Part shown: positions 48,963-64,000 of the stretch, piece by piece
Numbering within the stretch: position 1 is the stretch's first letter
Layout: every line of letters starts with the position of its first letter
From: Tubiluchus corallicola
Lineage: Eukaryota; Animalia; Priapulida
Reading direction: 5' to 3'
Assembly (NCBI GenBank): GCA_030141605.1
Contig: JAQGDQ010000121.1
Location: 1-64,000, forward strand
DNA: 64,000 nt
Translations under genes and position numbers: made by a program
The notes under the pieces: generated by a model
Told to the model about the DNA's origin: nothing
The model's database searches: none
The model's input: only the letters and a program-made list of their open reading frames with translations

Positions 48963-49145
48963 AAAGATGATATAGTCTAACTGGCGCTGTAGAATTTTTC
49001 AAAAAAGTTATAAAATTTTAAATTGGTACCTGAAACGTGACACCATTAAATTGAAAAAGTGATTTTTTTGTGAAACTATGTACAGTTTTTTTACAAATTT
49101 CATTCTGTTCGAGCGCCCACGTGTAAGAGGCGACTTTTTTATTAC

Positions 49146-50122
49146 ATTTCGGGGTACTCGAGGTTCGAGGCGCGATCAAAATTCAGAATGGGGTCGGGAT
49201 GCTAACTGAGTTCGTTCGAGGTCGGGATTTCTCTGGGTTCCGGGTAACTGGTCGGGATCGGGATTCGAGTTAGGACGAAATATTCGGAATTAGGGCTTAA
49301 ATAAATATATACAAATATATAAATGACAGGAATTTCCGCTGTTTTAGCAACAACGTATTACTTATATGTTTTTAGAATCCTGGACGAAAAAATGTTGTCT
49401 AGACGAGAGCAGGTTCCGTGCACCCGCACAAACACTATCTGACAGTTTACCTGTAATTTTGTCAATGATAAAACATTTGCTGTCTGTCATGTAGTAATAA
49501 GCAGATCCTCATTTCCCTGTGCTGTTCATAATAATTTTGAACAGAACCAGCATACTTCACTACAAACGCAATGTGAACGAAACAGTAATCTTCTTCCAAT
49601 AAATAGGAATAATTGTCTAATGACCAAGAAGCATTATCTGTTAGGGCGATATTTAAATAGGAAATTAAAATACAAGTAGCAGCGACGTGAGACAAAAATA
49701 ACACAGAAAAGTCAAAACATTTTTTGTAAATTGTTCCAATATTATTGACAAAATACACCCCATTAAAACTTGTGGTTAATAAAATGTCAATTAAAATATT
49801 TGGCTAAAGTTTACAATTCCCCACACAAGAAATTAGTTTGTGGAAACGGATAACGGTTAGGAATATTATTAGGGTCAGGATTAGGATTAAAATTAAGGTT
49901 AGGATTGGGTTAAGGTATTAAAATTTTGTGGGGAATTGTAAATTCCTTTCAAACATTTTATCGCAAAATTTAAGCGATGAATAACATGATAAATTGCAAC
50001 GTTGTTTTTTAAATATTATAATTTCGGGAACGGGGTTCAATTTTCGGGAGCGAGGTTCAGGATTTGAAAAAAATTCGGGATCGAGGTTTGGGTCTGGATT
50101 ACAACGCCCTCGACCCCGAATA
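49146..50122. mobile_element. Putative non-autonomous DNA transposon with inverted termini and TCGGG(A/G) subterminal repeats
   Basis: ATTTCGGGGTACTCGAGG (49146) versus CCTCGACCCCGAATA (50108-50122), with clusters of TCGGGA/TCGAGG at both ends. Confidence 0.55.
49810..49942. mobile_element. Small MITE with perfect 16-bp TIRs enclosing degenerate (TTAGGG)-like repeats
   Basis: TTTACAATTCCCCACA (49810-49825) and TGTGGGGAATTGTAAA (49927-49942); interior GGTTAGG..TTAGGGTCAGGATTAGGATT..GGTTAGGATTGGGTTAAGG. Confidence 0.75.
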
Positions 50123-51074
50123 TCTCTAAATGGTTATTAACAGCATATTGATGACGTCGACATCTATGTGGATATTTTCTGTCTTCTGTAATTATGAAAA
50201 AAAATTATCTAAATTCGGCATAAAATTATGAATGCTTTTCATCTAAGACAATTTATTGGAGTGAGTGCGTAATAATCACGAGTGATAAAGTTACATTTGG
50301 CGTTGGATGCTTCTAAGAGAAGCAAGGATAACAATGTGTGCCTAATTTAAAAAAAGCAAAATAAATTATTTCGACGGTAATGATAATAATTTGCACAGTT
50401 TATTTGGACCTTCTTGTATTTTGCATGTGTATCCCTATATTTTGCTCTTTTTTCAGGAGCGGTGGATACCATTATTTTGTATAATATTATATGTTGTATT
50501 CACTTGACTATAAGCCTGTTTGGACTAATAATTATTATCTTCCATTCTGGTTATACATAATCATACTCCCTTTATACGCATGTTTAGCTCACATGACTCA
50601 GATAAAGTCACATCACAACAGTTGATCAAGTACATTTGCATATTTAAGTTGCCCAATTTACCTTCACCATCCTTATATTATACTTTTTTTTCAGCAAATA
50701 TTTATGGTGTACTATAATGAGATTTATATTGTCGAACTAAATAGCAACGAATACCGTATCTACATTTTGGTTGGGTTCCATTAATACGTTTCTACATTTT
50801 GCGGGAAACTTTGTATCGAAAATTTTGCATTTTTACCGCTTAGATAATTGCAATAATATATGGTCTGATTAAGACTGATTTTCAACGAAAATCAATCCGG
50901 TAGCGGCTGAAATTTACTGGGACTTTATGAATTTGCTTCTTTGATGCCCTGTACGTTAATGACGAGCCACAGGCCCAGGCAAATTGTACACAGGCGCTCA
51001 TGATAATTATTGTTATAGATCACACAATACCTGGCATTGTATTGTACAGTATTGATTTAAAGGGCCAGCTACCC

Positions 51075-51335
51075 ACCCCTGACGCGGAAGTGAAGCGGTC
51101 CTGCGTAAAAGAGAAGCGGCCATCTTTTCTGTAGACTCTACACTGTATGCGAGTTGGGCGTAGTCCTTAGAAAATCGTCTTTTTGTGCATTGCAGGACAG
51201 ATGGACTAAATTAAGTATAAGTTGGTTTTCTACAGTGGATATTTATCAATGTCTTTAGGAATTCTACATGGTGTTTCAACCAGGTAGCGGTGGTGGCTGA
51301 CTGGATAACAAAAATTTTCTGTCTGGCGCAGTGGT
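51075..51335 (+). promoter_or_regulatory. Probable GNB promoter and non-coding first exon
   Basis: TGACG half-CRE (51080), ETS CGGAAGTG (51085-51092), YY1-type GCGGCCATCTT (51116-51126), GC-rich patch, and donor G|GTAAGA at about 51333 upstream of the ATG exon whose acceptor ends at 54407. Confidence 0.6.
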
Positions 51336-54300
51336 AAGAAATTGAGGTGCCATTTTAAGTAAACGAAAAATCGAAACTATAAGTTGCAAATAGAGATAAG
51401 CAATTTCATATGGATATTACTAGCTGATTCTTGAAATTTTTCTTGTTAGTTACGTGCTATTAGTGGTTATCAGTTTGATTTTGACCATCTGTGGTTGTAT
51501 TATTTAGTATGTTGAACGTCCAAATAGTGTAGTCTGACTTTGATCTGGCAATTTTCTTGTTTTGGCGATTATTAATGCTTAGTTAGATTTTGATCCTCTA
51601 AGCTGAAAAATAGGGAGACAATAGCCAGGTGGTCTAGGAGAACAAGTTTAAGTTCCCAAAATAATAGGTGAAGCCTCCTAGGGTTTCAGAGCCAGTGGAT
51701 AGATCTTCTTGAACCTTAAGAATTTGGTGTTGTAAGGATATTAAATATCAAAACTTTTAAGATTTTATGACAATTATATGATGTCATCTTCCTGAGTCAT
51801 CTAGTTAGACGCATTGAAAACTAGAAGGCCCAGAACCCACCATACAATGACAGAACTTACTAGTTAGTATTACTGTAGTGCGACTGTAATTTAGTTGATT
51901 CAACATCAGATCTTCTAAGAGTGAAACACTGACCAAGTAGGGTACCATACTCACATTAAATTGTTTGTACATTAAGATAAGATAAGCAGTATGTGAGATA
52001 AAGATTAAGATAAGCAGTATATGAGATAAAGCCATTCAGAAGCAATTCTCTTATCTGTTTACTATTACTAACCTGTGCTTATGCTGTTTAACTTTGTATC
52101 TGTAGCCTATTTAACACGTACCATAACCATTCTGCTACACCTCACCATTCTCATACTGTTAAGATTTTTAGGCTGACCAAAGCTATATAAAGTGTTCTGA
52201 AACAGAGATAAAACACTTTTGAGACCACTCACACACCAGTATACTATACTTGAGAAACAAATTATTTCCATTGTTTTATACAGGTCTACAAGCTGTGACG
52301 CAGCTAAAATGCATAGCCTACTTATGGTGTAGATAATTTTGATACCTTGTTGATCCTTCTTAATATCATGTGTTGTCTTTGTAAACTCGTTCCAGTGGGC
52401 TCATTTTTATTGCTTAGGGTCTACTGTAAATGCCTGTTATCATGCATTGTCCAAGAATGCAAATATCTTCTAAAATTTGTTTATTATGTACATTTCTTTT
52501 TGTCGGACACGTAGAAAGTCTTATGCATGCAAGAAAAGTAAAAATGTAAAAAAAGACGATTTTGGCATCTTTGCTCAACATGTCACGTGTGAGAAATACA
52601 TTAAAACCAGACTGCAGATAAAAACAAAAAGTAAAAGTTACTGTGTCCAAGTTTTCAGTATTAGTTCTGTTTTATGGTTATCACACACTGTACAAGGTAT
52701 AACTAACAGGAGCCAAAATGAATGAAAAACAAACAAGGACATTTTGTGGAAAATAAAAAAAATGTTGATGCCCTTTATTTCTTCATGTCAGCTTTTTAAA
52801 TTCATAAATCAGCGACATAAAATTATGCAACCAAACTTGCCATGCAGCCTACAATGTAAATCACGGGCCATAACAACTCTCGGGTATATAATATGAAAAC
52901 AGAAATGTCAGTAAAGACAGTAAACAGACATGCCTTGCCATTCTTCATGACAATATGTAATGTAAGGCAACTTCATGCTCAATTTACGTTTCCCTACTGT
53001 ATGTGTTTATTATTTTTCCATTTTGGAACTTACTCATGAAGTGTATAAACATTCTACTTATATTAAATCACATTTTAAATGAACATGATTAACTTGCTTA
53101 TAGGCAAAACTGAGTCAAGTAAACATTACTTTGATATAATTTAGTAACAATGTACAATCCTAGGAGATTCAATAGGCCTGTGTTATTATAGATGTATATA
53201 TGAAAGACTACCACATATACTGTACTGTAAAGGATAGATGACAATGGTCTGCCTACAATTTGGATATAGTTTTATATAAAGTTAGACTAGGTCTTGTTTA
53301 TAGTCTTTAAAACTTTTACAGTCTGCATGGGATTTCAGTAAAATTACCATGTACCTGTACCAGCTAAATTACTTTATTGTCGAGTTTTGTAAATTTCATT
53401 CTTGTGTATTGTTAGAAAATGTCAGAGGTTGTAATGAATATATACGTATCATTGTGAATATACAAAATGTTTTGAACGCTGAATGAAGTTTTCTTGATCT
53501 GGTTTTTCATTTAATTCATTATTTTTAAAAAATCCATATACACTCAGCATGCAGTGTTTCTGTTTAATTAGACAATTAACGAGCTGCGCCTAGTTTAGGG
53601 TTTATAATATGTCTAGCTTTCATGTGGATGATTTGCCCTGAATGGCTTAGTAAATTTTGACTAATTCTATTTTACTGACATTTTTGCATTTCAAAATGAA
53701 GATTGATTACAAAGAACCATCACGAATAACGTACCTTCTATTATCAATGCAACATCCCAAAAAGTCTTCGACTCGCCTTTTTATGAGTCACCTTTACAGC
53801 AGAAATTTTACGGAAAAACAGTCTTTATTGAAAGCTCACAAGAGTAAAAATCCGTGTGATACAAGTTGCTGCATATGTGCAGGAGACTTTAGTTTGCAAT
53901 TAGTGTTGTTTCTTAGAAAATGAGAAAGCTATAACATTCTAATTTTGCCGCATGAACAAATTAATGTGATGTAAATTGTGCGGCAGTTAACTTTCAAATT
54001 CTGCCGGAGCTTAAAGTTTTAAACATCTGACTAATTGAGCCTTAGCCGTTAGTCATAGCCTGCTGGTTCATTTCTTCAAAGTAGCTTAACGATTTGTACA
54101 AGTATCATGAATAAATCATATGTCTGTATAAGAGCTAAAAACTGCTAAAAAAGTCTGGTAAAATCTATTGGAATGCCAGCTACTACAGACTTGCTGTAGC
54201 TTTAAATTATTTACTTTTAAGATATGTGTTGATGGCAGTATTGTGCAGTATTATGGGACCTATCTAGGTTTTGTTTTATATCTTCTGCTAAATATTATGG

Positions 54301-54425
54301 GGTAGAATTACAATCAAACTTAATACAAAATTCGTAATTCACAAATGTTGGTCTAATATGATATTTTGGCGAATTAAAAAACCTACACTCAGATTTTTCT
54401 ATTGCAGAACATTTAGTAATAGAAG

Positions 54426-64000
<9,575 letters not shown>

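Overview
AT-rich, intron-rich animal (probably invertebrate) genomic DNA. From left to right: (1) a CR1/L2-group LINE (ORF1, then PHD-APE-RT ORF2) whose RT part is inverted relative to its 5' part, 1-3166; (2) a single-coding-exon UBX-domain gene, UBXN10-like, 5180-6394 (+); (3) a complete 20-exon lysyl hydroxylase gene (PLOD), 47607->9112 (-); (4) a divergently transcribed G-protein beta subunit gene, 54426->beyond the window end (+). The most striking feature is that PLOD exon 18, which encodes the active-site capping loop of the hydroxylase domain, is present as FOUR tandem, splice-competent, phase-0 paralogous exons. They look like a mutually exclusive exon cluster. One variant is strongly divergent and lacks the RLEGGY loop, and the flanking introns carry candidate docking-site/selector complementarities. 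The intron just upstream holds an intact, GC-rich R2-clade retrotransposon (3 zinc fingers, Myb, RT, RLE) inserted outside rDNA with an apparent 6-bp target-site duplication. Another PLOD intron holds an antisense nested oig-4-like single-Ig gene. Several MITEs and simple repeats fill the introns. All exon calls are manual translation plus GT-AG inspection; no expression data or database searches were available.
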